Positions 1 to 8,920 of a stretch of DNA of 60,137 nt are shown piece by piece. A model generated the notes under the pieces. It searched no databases, had not been told where the DNA came from, and was given only the letters and a program-made list of their open reading frames with translations. The stretch's first letter is position 1, and every line of letters starts with the position of its first letter. Location: positions 1 to 60,137 of the IMG/VR virus record IMGVR_UViG_3300010291_000001. One strand, written 5' to 3'. A program made the position numbers and the translations under genes. The DNA comes from a virus (lineage: Duplodnaviria; Caudoviricetes).

Positions 1-225
1 ATCGGCGCCGAACAGATTGGCGCCGGATAGTCCGGCGCCCTTCAGGTCGGCACTGTACAAACTGGCGCCGACCAGATCGGCGCCGGTGAGGTCGGCGCCG
101 ACCAGATCGGCGCCGGCCAGATTTGCTTCGGGGAGGTGCGCTCCCCGCAACCCCCCCTCCCCACAAAAAAGGACCTCTCCACTCAAGTTTTCAATCTTTA
201 CCTCTTCCACTGAAACATCCTCCAT
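1..225 (-). CDS. Pentapeptide-repeat protein (runs off the window edge)
   Basis: Reverse strand reads [20 protein letters not shown]...[42 protein letters not shown], i.e. A(D/N)LxG repeats; AAAGGA RBS upstream. Not in the ORF track because it is truncated. Confidence 0.85.
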   Translation of the reverse strand, partial: MEDVSVEEVKIENLSGEVLFCGEGGLRGAHLPEANLAGADLVGADLTGADLVGASLYSADLKGAGLSGANLFGAD

Positions 226-322
226 GGTCCACATCCTTTCGTTTGGGGGCTATGCCCCCATCCTGCCCCGGTGCCCCGCCGCAGCCACCACGGCCGCGGT
301 TTTTACAGGGCTACTCTATATA

Positions 323-350
323 TTTATAACACGTTTCAGCGCAGTTTTTT
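323..350 (-). promoter_or_regulatory. Class A promoter-like motif AAAAAAC-N11-GTGTTATAAA
   Basis: Same bipartite motif at 8530-8557, 17172-17198 and 44427-44453, always intergenic and upstream of minus-strand units. Confidence 0.65.
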
Positions 351-352
351 AT

Positions 353-1615
353 TTATTGAAATACTTCCTTTACCGCCTGCGCCTCCGGCCCCAGGTCCTT
401 AAACGTACCGGTCGTTTCATCGAACACGGCCTCTATTTTATCTCCAGCCGGGCCGTGTCTGTTTTTCAGTATGTGAAACAAAGACTGGCTCCTCGTGTAA
501 GCCGTAGGATCATGCCTGTAGGGCCTCGTGACAATCATAACCACGTCGCCCTGCTCTTCGATTGTGCCGCTCTCTTTCAGCGACGACAGTGTCGGGTTCG
601 CCCAGAACTCATCGGCAGCCCTGTTCAGCTGGCTTGCCACAAACACGCACGCGTCTACGCTCTTTTTCAGGTGTAGAAGGCCCTCGGTGATCCTCATCAT
701 GCTGTGTCTTGGGTCATAGGCATCGGTTGTCACTATCTGAATATAATCCACCATAATAGCCCCTATCTCCTTGTGCTCCAGGCACATACGCTCAGCCGCA
801 GACATGAGCTCGTTTATGCTTATGCCGGTCTTGTCAACCATCCATAACGGCATTTCGCGCAACTCTTCAACCGCCGCCTGCATATCAGCCTTCTCTTCGT
901 CTGTCATGTTGTCGCGCTGTATCCCGGTCGAGTTGATCTGCTTGTATATACACGCGAGCTTTGTTACCGCCTCCGGCCCGGTTATCTCGGGGGAAAACAG
1001 GAGCACTCCGACCCCGTTGAGCAGGCAATTCAAGGCTGTATTATAGACAAACGCGCTTTTGCCCATCGACGGTCTGCCGCCAAGAAACACCAGCTCGTTT
1101 TTGTGCAGCCCGCCCAACACCTCATTAAACGACTCAAGCGGATACCCGCAGGCTATCTTGCTTTTTGTCAGCGGGTGCGGCAGGGAGTCTCCGTGTAACA
1201 CTTCCATACCCAGTTCCCCCGATGACGCGGCGACAATCCGTGCCCTTATCTCGTCTACGGGCATGGCGTTGTTCCGGAGTCCGTCGGCGCATAACTCGAG
1301 CTCCCTGGCCACCTGGTTCTTTTTGTCAAGGTCCTTTATTGACCTTATTGCCCTTTCAAGGTCTGCCGTTGTCTTGAGCGGCATCCAGGATTTAGGCTTT
1401 TTGGCCAGCATGTTCTTTATCCATTGAATGCCGTCCATTGGAATGTCCAGCCTTTTGCTGATGACCCTGGATAGCGTTTTGCTTAGAACCGGATCAAGCG
1501 TTTCACGGCCCGTGAGCTCGAGCATTGCGACAACGTTTCCCCGTGTTTCGTATTCACGGGTGAAGAAGTCAAGAATCGACATTGTTAATTGGTTTATCAA
1601 TATATTGCGGTCCAT
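353..1615 (-). CDS. dnaB: Replicative DNA helicase, DnaB family
   Basis: Walker A GGRPSMGKS, VDYIQ, SQLNR, LKESGTIEEQGDVV, KNRHG. Confidence 0.92.
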   Translation of the reverse strand: MDRNILINQLTMSILDFFTREYETRGNVVAMLELTGRETLDPVLSKTLSRVISKRLDIPMDGIQWIKNMLAKKPKSWMPLKTTADLERAIRSIKDLDKKNQVARELELCADGLRNNAMPVDEIRARIVAASSGELGMEVLHGDSLPHPLTKSKIACGYPLESFNEVLGGLHKNELVFLGGRPSMGKSAFVYNTALNCLLNGVGVLLFSPEITGPEAVTKLACIYKQINSTGIQRDNMTDEEKADMQAAVEELREMPLWMVDKTGISINELMSAAERMCLEHKEIGAIMVDYIQIVTTDAYDPRHSMMRITEGLLHLKKSVDACVFVASQLNRAADEFWANPTLSSLKESGTIEEQGDVVMIVTRPYRHDPTAYTRSQSLFHILKNRHGPAGDKIEAVFDETTGTFKDLGPEAQAVKEVFQ

Positions 1616-1623
1616 GTGTCCTC

Positions 1624-1816
1624 CTATTTACTTGACTTTTTCCGGTTATCTTCCTTGCAGAGCATCTGGCAATTCTCGGGGACTGTTTTGCCGCCTTGGC
1701 TCCAGGGCGTTATGTGGTCGGCTTCCATTTCCTCGAATGGGAATGGCTTTCCGCTAGTCGGGTGTAAAGCTCGTCTTTTTGACGCTCTTTGCTTTATTTA
1801 GGTTCTTGTTTGTCAT
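1624..1816 (-). pseudogene. Relic joining the N-terminus of an EcoRI-family adenine methyltransferase to a C-terminal HNH domain
   Basis: [13 protein letters not shown], then KDELYTRLA in a shifted frame, then [42 protein letters not shown] in a third frame. Confidence 0.7.
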
Positions 1817-2244
1817 AGCTCTATAACCTCCGTCTCTGGTTTATGTACCCGCGTCAACTTAATCGCAAGTAGCTCCATGACCCTGTTCTTAATCTGCGCG
1901 TGCCTAATCGTAGTAGGCGGCTTAAGCGAACATATTATAATACACCCCTTCCTGTCCCGCACATTGTTGAACATCCGTACCCACTCGGGCACGTCCGCAA
2001 CGCCGCCACCGTCAAAGTTGTCAATGAACTTTATTCTCGCCAGCATAGCCAGCTGCTTCCCGTCCGTTCCTTCAACCTCATGGACGGATCGCCGCTTGTT
2101 TGCGTCGATATAATCATCAGCAAGTGCCTCTATGATCCGCTTGGCCAGCGTTGTCTTGCCGGTGTACGAGTCGCCGTATATGAACGCCCCGCCCCTGGCC
2201 TTTATCTTTTCAACGAGATTCTCTATCGTCGGAGTATCTTCCAT
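1813..2244 (-). CDS. Small DnaC/IstB-like P-loop ATPase (helicase loader)
   Basis: FIYGDSYTGKTTLA Walker A, FIDNF Walker B-like; lies between the initiator-like gene and dnaB. Confidence 0.65.
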   Translation of the reverse strand: MEDTPTIENLVEKIKARGGAFIYGDSYTGKTTLAKRIIEALADDYIDANKRRSVHEVEGTDGKQLAMLARIKFIDNFDGGGVADVPEWVRMFNNVRDRKGCIIICSLKPPTTIRHAQIKNRVMELLAIKLTRVHKPETEVIEL

Positions 2245-3547
2245 CCAACACCTTCTTCCAATTGTAATTCCTGATAAGCCAATACAAATCCACAACAAAC
2301 TCACTCACCTGCCCGCGCAGAAACATCGAGTTGCGTATATGTTGCGCGACCCTACCCCAATCATTGAGAGACATACCCGAGCGCATGACAGCCTTGGCGG
2401 AGCTGGTGGACTCATTGTGCCGCCTTAGCCCCAGGTCGTTTGCCAGCGCATTGTACGATTTGACTATTTCCCGGGCCTCTTCGATTTTGTTGTTCGCTTT
2501 CTTGTTCTTCGTGGTGCTGCTCCCTGACTCGATCAGGCTTTTCAGGTCAATCTGCGGCAGCGCATCGAACATGGATAGCGTTGTTTTGTTCATTACTATC
2601 CCGGCCGCCCTCAGGTCATCAGTGGTCAACGCCCTGCCCTCGGCGTCTTCAATGACCGCCTTCAACAGGAGCAGTGTTTTCATCTGCCTTCTTGCCGACT
2701 TTAGCGCGCCGCTCCTTAAAAGCCCGTAAGCCCTGTTCGACACGTTGATATACTTCGGTATGTTACACTCCATCGCCAATTCGGGGTTGGGCTTGTCTAT
2801 GATGAAATCTTCGCTCCCGACGGCATCGAAATTCTTGTCCTGACACACCCTTACGTAGGGGCATACCCCCCACACGTTTTCACAGAAATTGAAGTTACAC
2901 GGGAAACTCCCACTTTTTATATAATGGGCGAGAAGCCCTATACTGTCCCTGAGGTACTCCTCGACGGCGTCAAGCCTCACTTTTGTTACATGGGTGGTTT
3001 CCATGCGTACCTTCGGGGCGGCCCACTGACACACCCTTGCCCTGTACTGCTCGAGCGTTTCACTGTTTTTCTGTTTCAGCAGTGGTTGCGGCGCAACAAT
3101 ATATCTGGTCGTCGCATAGTCAAGGTTCAGCAACCACGCGTATAACGGTATCTGTATAGACCGCAGAAACCGTCCCACGTCTATCCTGGACGTCAGCTTG
3201 AAGTCTGTTATTGTTTTTACGCCGTCAAACATGTCTATTTTGCCGGCTATTGTAATTCCGTTGAGCTCCCGCGACGCCTCTATCTCCGAGAAGCAGCCGC
3301 GCAGCTGCATAATGTCGGTTCTCTGCATGACGGCGTCAACGACCCCGAGTATGGCGGCTTTGACGCTATCATTGGGGTACACTATGTCCATCTGTTGCCC
3401 GGTTATCAGCGCCTGCATCTCGGAGTGAAACAGTATGCCCCTTGACATCGGCGCCGTTCTCGGCGGCTTTATTCCTTTTATTATGTTTAGTTCGAACCTT
3501 CTCGGGCATGACCTGAGCATTGATGTGGATGAGTATGTGAGTATCAT
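2210..3547 (-). CDS. PD-(D/E)xK (AddB/Cas4-like) nuclease fused to a phage replisome-organiser-like C-terminal domain
   Basis: SxSxxxxxxxCPRRF, GILFH, GKIDM...ITDFK, C..C.....CPY...C; C-terminus SMFLRG...VDLYWLIRNYNWKKVLDGRY. Confidence 0.75.
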   Translation of the reverse strand: MILTYSSTSMLRSCPRRFELNIIKGIKPPRTAPMSRGILFHSEMQALITGQQMDIVYPNDSVKAAILGVVDAVMQRTDIMQLRGCFSEIEASRELNGITIAGKIDMFDGVKTITDFKLTSRIDVGRFLRSIQIPLYAWLLNLDYATTRYIVAPQPLLKQKNSETLEQYRARVCQWAAPKVRMETTHVTKVRLDAVEEYLRDSIGLLAHYIKSGSFPCNFNFCENVWGVCPYVRVCQDKNFDAVGSEDFIIDKPNPELAMECNIPKYINVSNRAYGLLRSGALKSARRQMKTLLLLKAVIEDAEGRALTTDDLRAAGIVMNKTTLSMFDALPQIDLKSLIESGSSTTKNKKANNKIEEAREIVKSYNALANDLGLRRHNESTSSAKAVMRSGMSLNDWGRVAQHIRNSMFLRGQVSEFVVDLYWLIRNYNWKKVLDGRYSDDRESR

Positions 3548-3662
3548 GTTTTGCCCTGTGTCCTTTCTTTCGCCTTGTGCCGGTAAAATTGTACATCGTG
3601 GGGGACGAATCCGGCGCCCGGATGTTCGAGCGCCGGAACCGCTTGTTTATAGTCTAGCGCGG

Positions 3663-4871
3663 TTAGTCCTCATAATTCAGCTTTATCACGCTGCCCCACT
3701 GTACGGGCGGGTCGCCCGACTGTTTTGTAATAATCCACAGCCACGGCAGTTTGGGCTCCTGTTCGTCGGCGCTTCCCCAGCCGTCCGTGAACACTATCAC
3801 GCCGGCGTACTTTTTGGCGTTTTCGTTCACGTGTTTCTGGACGTCTTCGAACGCGGTGCCGCCGCGTCCGTACAGTTTGACCTCGTTATATGAAATCTTT
3901 TTTTGCGTCAACACGGCCCTTATTTTCGTGTCGAACTGTAATATGTCATATGTTATTGCCGGATGCTTCAGGCAGCCGAATACGTTCTCCAGCTCCTTGC
4001 TCATCATGGAGCCGGAGACGTCTACCGCCACCAGTATGTGCTTACGCGGACGAAAGTATCTGTTCGCTCCATATTGGGGCTTTTTGACGCTGCCGTATCT
4101 CTTTGATACCTTGCGCCTGGAATGAATGGCTCCAACCGATACGCTCCTGGCCACCCAGGCCCTTATTTGTTTTGCGGCGGGAAACTCGCGCGGCTTCGGC
4201 TCGATGGTTTCCATCTCGTTGCCGCCGACCGACCCGTATTGTTTTTCTATGTATGACGCCACCGGTCCGGCCATTTTTTTATAGAACGTTTCAGCCGTGC
4301 CCGGCGAGACCTCCTCCTCGTCAACCGTGTCGTCGAAAGCTTCGTTCGGGACATAGTTATCCGGGACCTTGTCTTTTATTTTTTTGTACACATCCAGCAG
4401 CGTATCATCATTGCTGATGTCTGTGTCTCTGTATATCCTGTTCAGCCTCTCGAAACTCCTGTGCATTGTCACGTGGGCCCTGGACGCCATCGTTTTGATA
4501 ACGTGATGGACCAACAGGTCCGCCGCAAGATGCAGGGCGGTTTCGTTCATGCCCTCTCCGGCGTGTATTTTCACCCTCACCGGGTGAGACATCGCTATGT
4601 GAAGTGCGTAATGCGCGAACAGAGACACGAGCTCCTTCTCGTCGGTTATGCCCTCGATGTCCTTTGCGGGCACCCCTATAACAAGCGATAGGGCCCCACC
4701 TTTTCTTGTAAGATAAATCTCGCCCGTGTCTCCGGACTCAATAACCGTCTTGTCCGCTATTATAAGCGGATATAATAGCCCGGCCGGGCTCGGCTGGACG
4801 TACATGAATATCTGCGCCAACTTGCCCGCCACGTCTGTGCTGTGTTGTGTATCTGACTTTTTTCTGGACAT
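3663..4871 (-). CDS. DUF2201-like metallopeptidase/VWA domain protein
   Basis: MIDAS VDVSGSM, GRGGTAF, VFTDG; N-terminal HYALH...H...AAD; adjacent to a MoxR-like ATPase. Confidence 0.85.
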   Translation of the reverse strand: MSRKKSDTQHSTDVAGKLAQIFMYVQPSPAGLLYPLIIADKTVIESGDTGEIYLTRKGGALSLVIGVPAKDIEGITDEKELVSLFAHYALHIAMSHPVRVKIHAGEGMNETALHLAADLLVHHVIKTMASRAHVTMHRSFERLNRIYRDTDISNDDTLLDVYKKIKDKVPDNYVPNEAFDDTVDEEEVSPGTAETFYKKMAGPVASYIEKQYGSVGGNEMETIEPKPREFPAAKQIRAWVARSVSVGAIHSRRKVSKRYGSVKKPQYGANRYFRPRKHILVAVDVSGSMMSKELENVFGCLKHPAITYDILQFDTKIRAVLTQKKISYNEVKLYGRGGTAFEDVQKHVNENAKKYAGVIVFTDGWGSADEQEPKLPWLWIITKQSGDPPVQWGSVIKLNYED

Positions 4872-5990
4872 TTATTTCTCGATCCCGAGCCCCAGCTGTT
4901 TGGTGAAGCTGGATACGATCTTCGGATCCATTCTGCCGATAAGCGACGCCCACCGGCTGTCCAGCAGCGCTATCACCCCGGCTATGATGTCTTTCGGGAT
5001 GTTCGGGGTGTTGAGGACAACCCCGACCTTATTGGCGAGCTCAACATCGCCCTTGGGTCGCCTGGTTATCGTCGAATGCACGGCGTTGGCTACGTCGTAT
5101 ATGATGATGTACTGCGACGTTTTGTCAAGCCGCGCCATCATATTCTGCAACTCCTGCTCTTCCATCTTGAGTATCTCCGCGACGGACGGGAGCTTGGACC
5201 GGAACTCTATGTAATTGGACATCTGGACCGCAAACTGCGGGTTTACGATCCGCGCCAGGTCCACCGCCGCCATGTCGTCAACGCCGAGAATCAAGTTTGA
5301 CAGGCGTTCGGTTTCGCGCGGCGTGCCCCACGGGAGGCCGGAAAGGTCGGCGTGGTCAAGAAACACCTTCGTCGTCATGCCGACTATTCTGCCGTCTATC
5401 TTCGTTCCCATGGTTCCGTCCGCGAGCTCCGCGGGCGTCGTTGCCCAGTTCAGCCAGCTCTTTAGGTCGAATCTCATGTTGACGGTATACATCCTGTCGC
5501 ATTGGGCGGCGTCAGTTGACGTTATGTTATATGACGTGTCATCGTCGTTGCCGGTCAGCACCAATACGCAGTGCTTCGGCAGCTTCCAGCCGCGAAATTC
5601 CCCGAACTGGGACAGGCGCATGATGGCCTGCAGGATATGATCCATCGCCCGGTTGTAGTCGTCTATCAGGTATATGCCGGGCTTTTCATCGTTCGGGTCG
5701 GGCACAAAATCCGGTCGTGCGGTTGCGGTTACGCGCTCCCCGTTTATTTCCGAAATAACCGGAAGGCCCGACATGTCACCGGCTTCCTGTATTTCCGAGA
5801 GAGATGTGAACCAGAACGACCAGTTGTTTTCAAGGCACGTCTGGCGGGGGACGGTTGTCTTCCCTATCCCGTGCGATCCGAGTATCGTCAGGGTGAATGT
5901 TTTTTCCGGGTATTTTGTTTTTTGACTCACAAGGTGCTTGAGCAACGATGCTACCTCGCGGGTATTGACAAAAACCTTGCTTTCCGACAT
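4872..5990 (-). CDS. MoxR-like AAA+ ATPase
   Basis: GSHGIGKT, LIDDYNRA, LTGN, DAAQCDR, TPR. Confidence 0.85.
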   Translation of the reverse strand: MSESKVFVNTREVASLLKHLVSQKTKYPEKTFTLTILGSHGIGKTTVPRQTCLENNWSFWFTSLSEIQEAGDMSGLPVISEINGERVTATARPDFVPDPNDEKPGIYLIDDYNRAMDHILQAIMRLSQFGEFRGWKLPKHCVLVLTGNDDDTSYNITSTDAAQCDRMYTVNMRFDLKSWLNWATTPAELADGTMGTKIDGRIVGMTTKVFLDHADLSGLPWGTPRETERLSNLILGVDDMAAVDLARIVNPQFAVQMSNYIEFRSKLPSVAEILKMEEQELQNMMARLDKTSQYIIIYDVANAVHSTITRRPKGDVELANKVGVVLNTPNIPKDIIAGVIALLDSRWASLIGRMDPKIVSSFTKQLGLGIEK

Positions 5991-6744
5991 ACCGCCTCCT
6001 AAGCTTGCCGTTTGGGAAAAAGTACTCCATCGTTTCTTTTACAAGGCTGTGCGGCTCCACCTCCAAAGGCAGAGCGAACAGCGCGTTTTCAATTGCGCGC
6101 AGACTGTCCATTATTTTTGGCATTGTAGTTATGTCAGTTATCATTATGTTGGGGCCCGGCAGCGACGGGATTATGTACTCGGCGCCGCCAAAAATCAGCC
6201 TTCGGGCCGTATGGGTCTGCCGTACGTCCGCCCTCGCGGGGGAGGTGGCCGGGAATGTCAGCGTGTGCTCGGTCATTTTTCCTTCCTTGTATCGCGTGCT
6301 GAGCAGGGCTCTTACGAAACCTTCGTACAGCTTATATATCTTAAGCGTATGCTTCGGGGTCCACGGCATTACGGTTACCAGTGCTACTGGGTATGCTCCA
6401 AGCTCCTCCACCGGGTACGGGCTGAAAGCCTTGTACGCCCTGTTCCGCCGCGATTGTGCCCTTATGCTCGTCTCTATCTTCATTATTCCATCGTAATATG
6501 CGCTTATTTTGACTCTATGGTCGTAGTCGAAGCAGGTCTGTTCTGTCCTGCGGACATCCACCCCGCAGACGTATGGGCCGGTGTTGTACACAAGCACGCC
6601 GCCGGATACCAGGCTGTACTGTGTGCGGTATTTCGCGCATTGGCGAACTATTATGTCGAGGTTGTCGCCGGAGTGGAAGTCGCCATGACTTGTTTTGTAT
6701 ACTTTTATGTTGCCCAGTGCAATAAAGCGCTCAAGTTCGATCAT
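5830..6744 (-). CDS. Hypothetical protein
   Basis: Long ORF with GGAG RBS inside the operon; 3' end overlaps the ATPase gene. Confidence 0.55.
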   Translation of the reverse strand: MIELERFIALGNIKVYKTSHGDFHSGDNLDIIVRQCAKYRTQYSLVSGGVLVYNTGPYVCGVDVRRTEQTCFDYDHRVKISAYYDGIMKIETSIRAQSRRNRAYKAFSPYPVEELGAYPVALVTVMPWTPKHTLKIYKLYEGFVRALLSTRYKEGKMTEHTLTFPATSPARADVRQTHTARRLIFGGAEYIIPSLPGPNIMITDITTMPKIMDSLRAIENALFALPLEVEPHSLVKETMEYFFPNGKLRRRYVGKQGFCQYPRGSIVAQAPCESKNKIPGKNIHPDDTRIARDREDNRPPPDVP

Positions 6745-7504
6745 GTAGTAGACTCCATAGTTTCTGTCCGGGCGCCTTCGGTTTATACCCATCTATGATG
6801 AGCAGCGGCGGGGGCGGGTCGCCCTCCCTAAGCGCGGCGGCGTCGGCTTGTTCTGTAAACCGGCTCTTGACCTTCTCCGCCTGGTCATACAACATTGTTG
6901 GATGAACAGACGTACAACGGTACAGTCTTTTTATGTATTCCAACCCCTTGCGCATATCGCCGATATCTCTTATCGAATTGTAGAAAAACATTTGCACGTC
7001 CCCGTCCATCGGGTCATGTCCGCCGACGGTGCGCGTCTTCGGGTTGTAGTATGGGTGTACCAGGGCGTCGGGTCCGACGTAAAACGTTTTTGCGTCTATT
7101 ATCATGCCCCAGCTTTTCTCCGTAAACGGCACGTGGATCGCCAGGTGGGTCGGGCGTCCGCCGCGCCTGTCAAAGCACGTAATGATGGCGCCGATACTTT
7201 CGGCGTCCGGTCCCGCCCGCAGCCCCCGGGCCAGCCTGCTTCCCGGCGGAATTTCCCGGAACGCCAGGGACAGATAAACCTTGTCGTTGGACCAGCCTTT
7301 CTGCCCCACGATCAGCATTTTTCTTATATACTTGATGCGATCGCGGTCCTCAATAAACAGGACCGCGTTTGGTATTGCTTGGCCGTCTGCGGTCTCGGCC
7401 CCGAGCGGTGCGTATTCCAGCCGGCCAAGGCTCTTTATGTTGACCGTCGTTTTAACTATATCCCACGCACTTGATACTGGGGCTTCGTGTTGCTGGACGG
7501 TCAT
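6731..7504 (-). CDS. Hypothetical protein
   Basis: 257-aa ORF with ATGA overlap to the upstream gene. Confidence 0.65.
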   Translation of the reverse strand: MTVQQHEAPVSSAWDIVKTTVNIKSLGRLEYAPLGAETADGQAIPNAVLFIEDRDRIKYIRKMLIVGQKGWSNDKVYLSLAFREIPPGSRLARGLRAGPDAESIGAIITCFDRRGGRPTHLAIHVPFTEKSWGMIIDAKTFYVGPDALVHPYYNPKTRTVGGHDPMDGDVQMFFYNSIRDIGDMRKGLEYIKRLYRCTSVHPTMLYDQAEKVKSRFTEQADAAALREGDPPPPLLIIDGYKPKAPGQKLWSLLHDRT

Positions 7505-8223
7505 TTCCCGCCCCCGCCCTCTATTTTGGTCAAGATTGCCTGCAGGTCAGTCTCATATTCGGCAAGCGTTCCGGACGTGTCGCGCACGGACGATATGCCG
7601 ACCGTCGGCCTTGTTCTTATAATGCACTCGTCCTTGCCGTTAACCCGGCTCCTGGCCACCCGGAACACCTCCGGGAAGTCAAGCGCAAACTTCTCCCTTA
7701 GGGAGCCTATCAGGTACGGGGATACGCCTATCACGTCCCCGCTGGTGTTTTTCAGCATTGTCTCTCTGGCCGTGACAATATAGACGTCCGCGCACTTCTC
7801 CAAAACGTTCATTCTGTCTTTTGTCATTACCTCGATCGCCGTCCAGTCCGTCTTGTCCATTCTGCTCTGCATTGAGCTTCGCGCCGCGCTGGCGTTTTCT
7901 TCGTTTCTTTTTGTTATGTAGTTATAGATGATATCGTTCAGCTCCGACAGATCATGCAGGACAACCATGTCAAAGCGCTGCTCCGTAACCGCGCTTATCG
8001 CGTCGTCAATATCCGGCATGTCGCTGTATGTCCACACTTCGAGGTTCTTCAGTCCCACGAGCTCGTTGAGCATTTTTTCGGGTGTTATAAGGAGGTTCTT
8101 CTTGGTTATTGTCTTTTTGAAGATTACTTCCTTGATGATGTTTATTCCGGCCGCCCCATACAGAAAGATCTTCCGGTACATGGCCGGGTCATATTCTACC
8201 TCTTTAAGTTTGCGTAGCGCCAT
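7501..8223 (-). CDS. Sak4/AAA_24-like recombination protein with degenerate Walker A
   Basis: KIFLYGAAG, FDMVVLHDLSEL, DW, VTARE, P.L.GSL...FPEVFR; GK(T/S) is missing. Confidence 0.6.
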   Translation of the reverse strand: MALRKLKEVEYDPAMYRKIFLYGAAGINIIKEVIFKKTITKKNLLITPEKMLNELVGLKNLEVWTYSDMPDIDDAISAVTEQRFDMVVLHDLSELNDIIYNYITKRNEENASAARSSMQSRMDKTDWTAIEVMTKDRMNVLEKCADVYIVTARETMLKNTSGDVIGVSPYLIGSLREKFALDFPEVFRVARSRVNGKDECIIRTRPTVGISSVRDTSGTLAEYETDLQAILTKIEGGGGK

Positions 8224-8244
8224 AGTTGTTTCCTTTCGTTTAGT

Positions 8245-8270
8245 AAAAAATGCCCCCGCAATCGGGGGCG
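8245..8270 (-). terminator. Intrinsic terminator or attenuator
   Basis: CGCCCCCG-ATTG-CGGGGGCA followed by TTTTTT on the minus strand. Confidence 0.6.
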
Positions 8271-8275
8271 CGATA

Positions 8276-8434
8276 CTAGAGCATTTTCGTTTTTTGTTTG
8301 CAGAAATACAGGGATACAGCATACCGCCCCCAAGACAGCAGAGGCACACGACCGGGTACCCCATACGTTCCACAGGCACTGCAAATGAATCTCGAAAATG
8401 CTCTAACGTACCCACAGCCGCCACAGTACCTCAA
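8276..8434 (-). CDS. Small zinc-ribbon protein (52 aa, TTG start)
   Basis: MRYCGGCGYVRAFSRFICSACG..., GGAG RBS; below the ORF-track cutoff. Confidence 0.4.
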   Translation of the reverse strand: MRYCGGCGYVRAFSRFICSACGTYGVPGRVPLLSWGRYAVSLYFCKQKTKML

Positions 8435-8529
8435 TGACTCTCCACATTGTGCCTCCTTTCCTTTAAAATGTTGCGTACCAAGAAAATAGGGCCAACATCA
8501 TAATATTTATGATATCAGCCCCATACTAT

Positions 8530-8557
8530 TTTATGACACAAACTTGGGGTGTTTTTT
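8530..8557 (-). promoter_or_regulatory. Class A promoter-like motif followed by a 15-bp 5' hairpin
   Basis: AAAAAAC-N11-GTGTCATAAA, then GGGCTGATATCATAA/TTATGATGTTGGCCC. Confidence 0.65.
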
Positions 8558-8560
8558 GGG

Positions 8561-8920
8561 TTACGTAACCCTCATGAGTTCCTGACATTTATGACATAGG
8601 AACACGATTTTTTTCTTGTCCCTTGAGATCTTCGTGGCGATGTTCTTGCGGCCGTGGCAGATATCGCAGACCGTCCCCTTCGGTGGTGTGCGCAGTATCC
8701 AGCCCATCACTCGCGCCGCATGTGCTTTTCGGATTCCGTCGTCATGCCGTGGCAGGATATCGCCGCGGATGTCTGTCATGATTTCGCCGTTACGGTCAAG
8801 CATAATTGGTACGGCGGCTACGCGCTGCTTGGGCGGCTTTCCTTCGGGCCTGTCGACGACACAGCGGACGAGCCTGCCGTTGACGCCGAGAGTAACTTCC
8901 TTTGCGAACTCTACGATCAT
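8561..8920 (-). CDS. Hypothetical protein with two CxxC motifs
   Basis: CDICH and CHKC; ATGA overlap with the upstream gene. Confidence 0.6.
   Translation of the reverse strand: MIVEFAKEVTLGVNGRLVRCVVDRPEGKPPKQRVAAVPIMLDRNGEIMTDIRGDILPRHDDGIRKAHAARVMGWILRTPPKGTVCDICHGRKNIATKISRDKKKIVFLCHKCQELMRVT

Noticed and set aside
1-122. 15-bp periodic GGCGCCG repeats as a CRISPR array or iterons
   Set aside because: The period is explained by pentapeptide coding, and there are no spacers.
17-676. Plus-strand 219-aa ORF with SAP(T/V/A)R repeats
   Set aside because: It is the antisense shadow of the pentapeptide-repeat gene and the end of dnaB.
2210-3547. Cas4 as part of a CRISPR adaptation module
   Set aside because: No cas1, cas2 or array is present; the context is replication and recombination.
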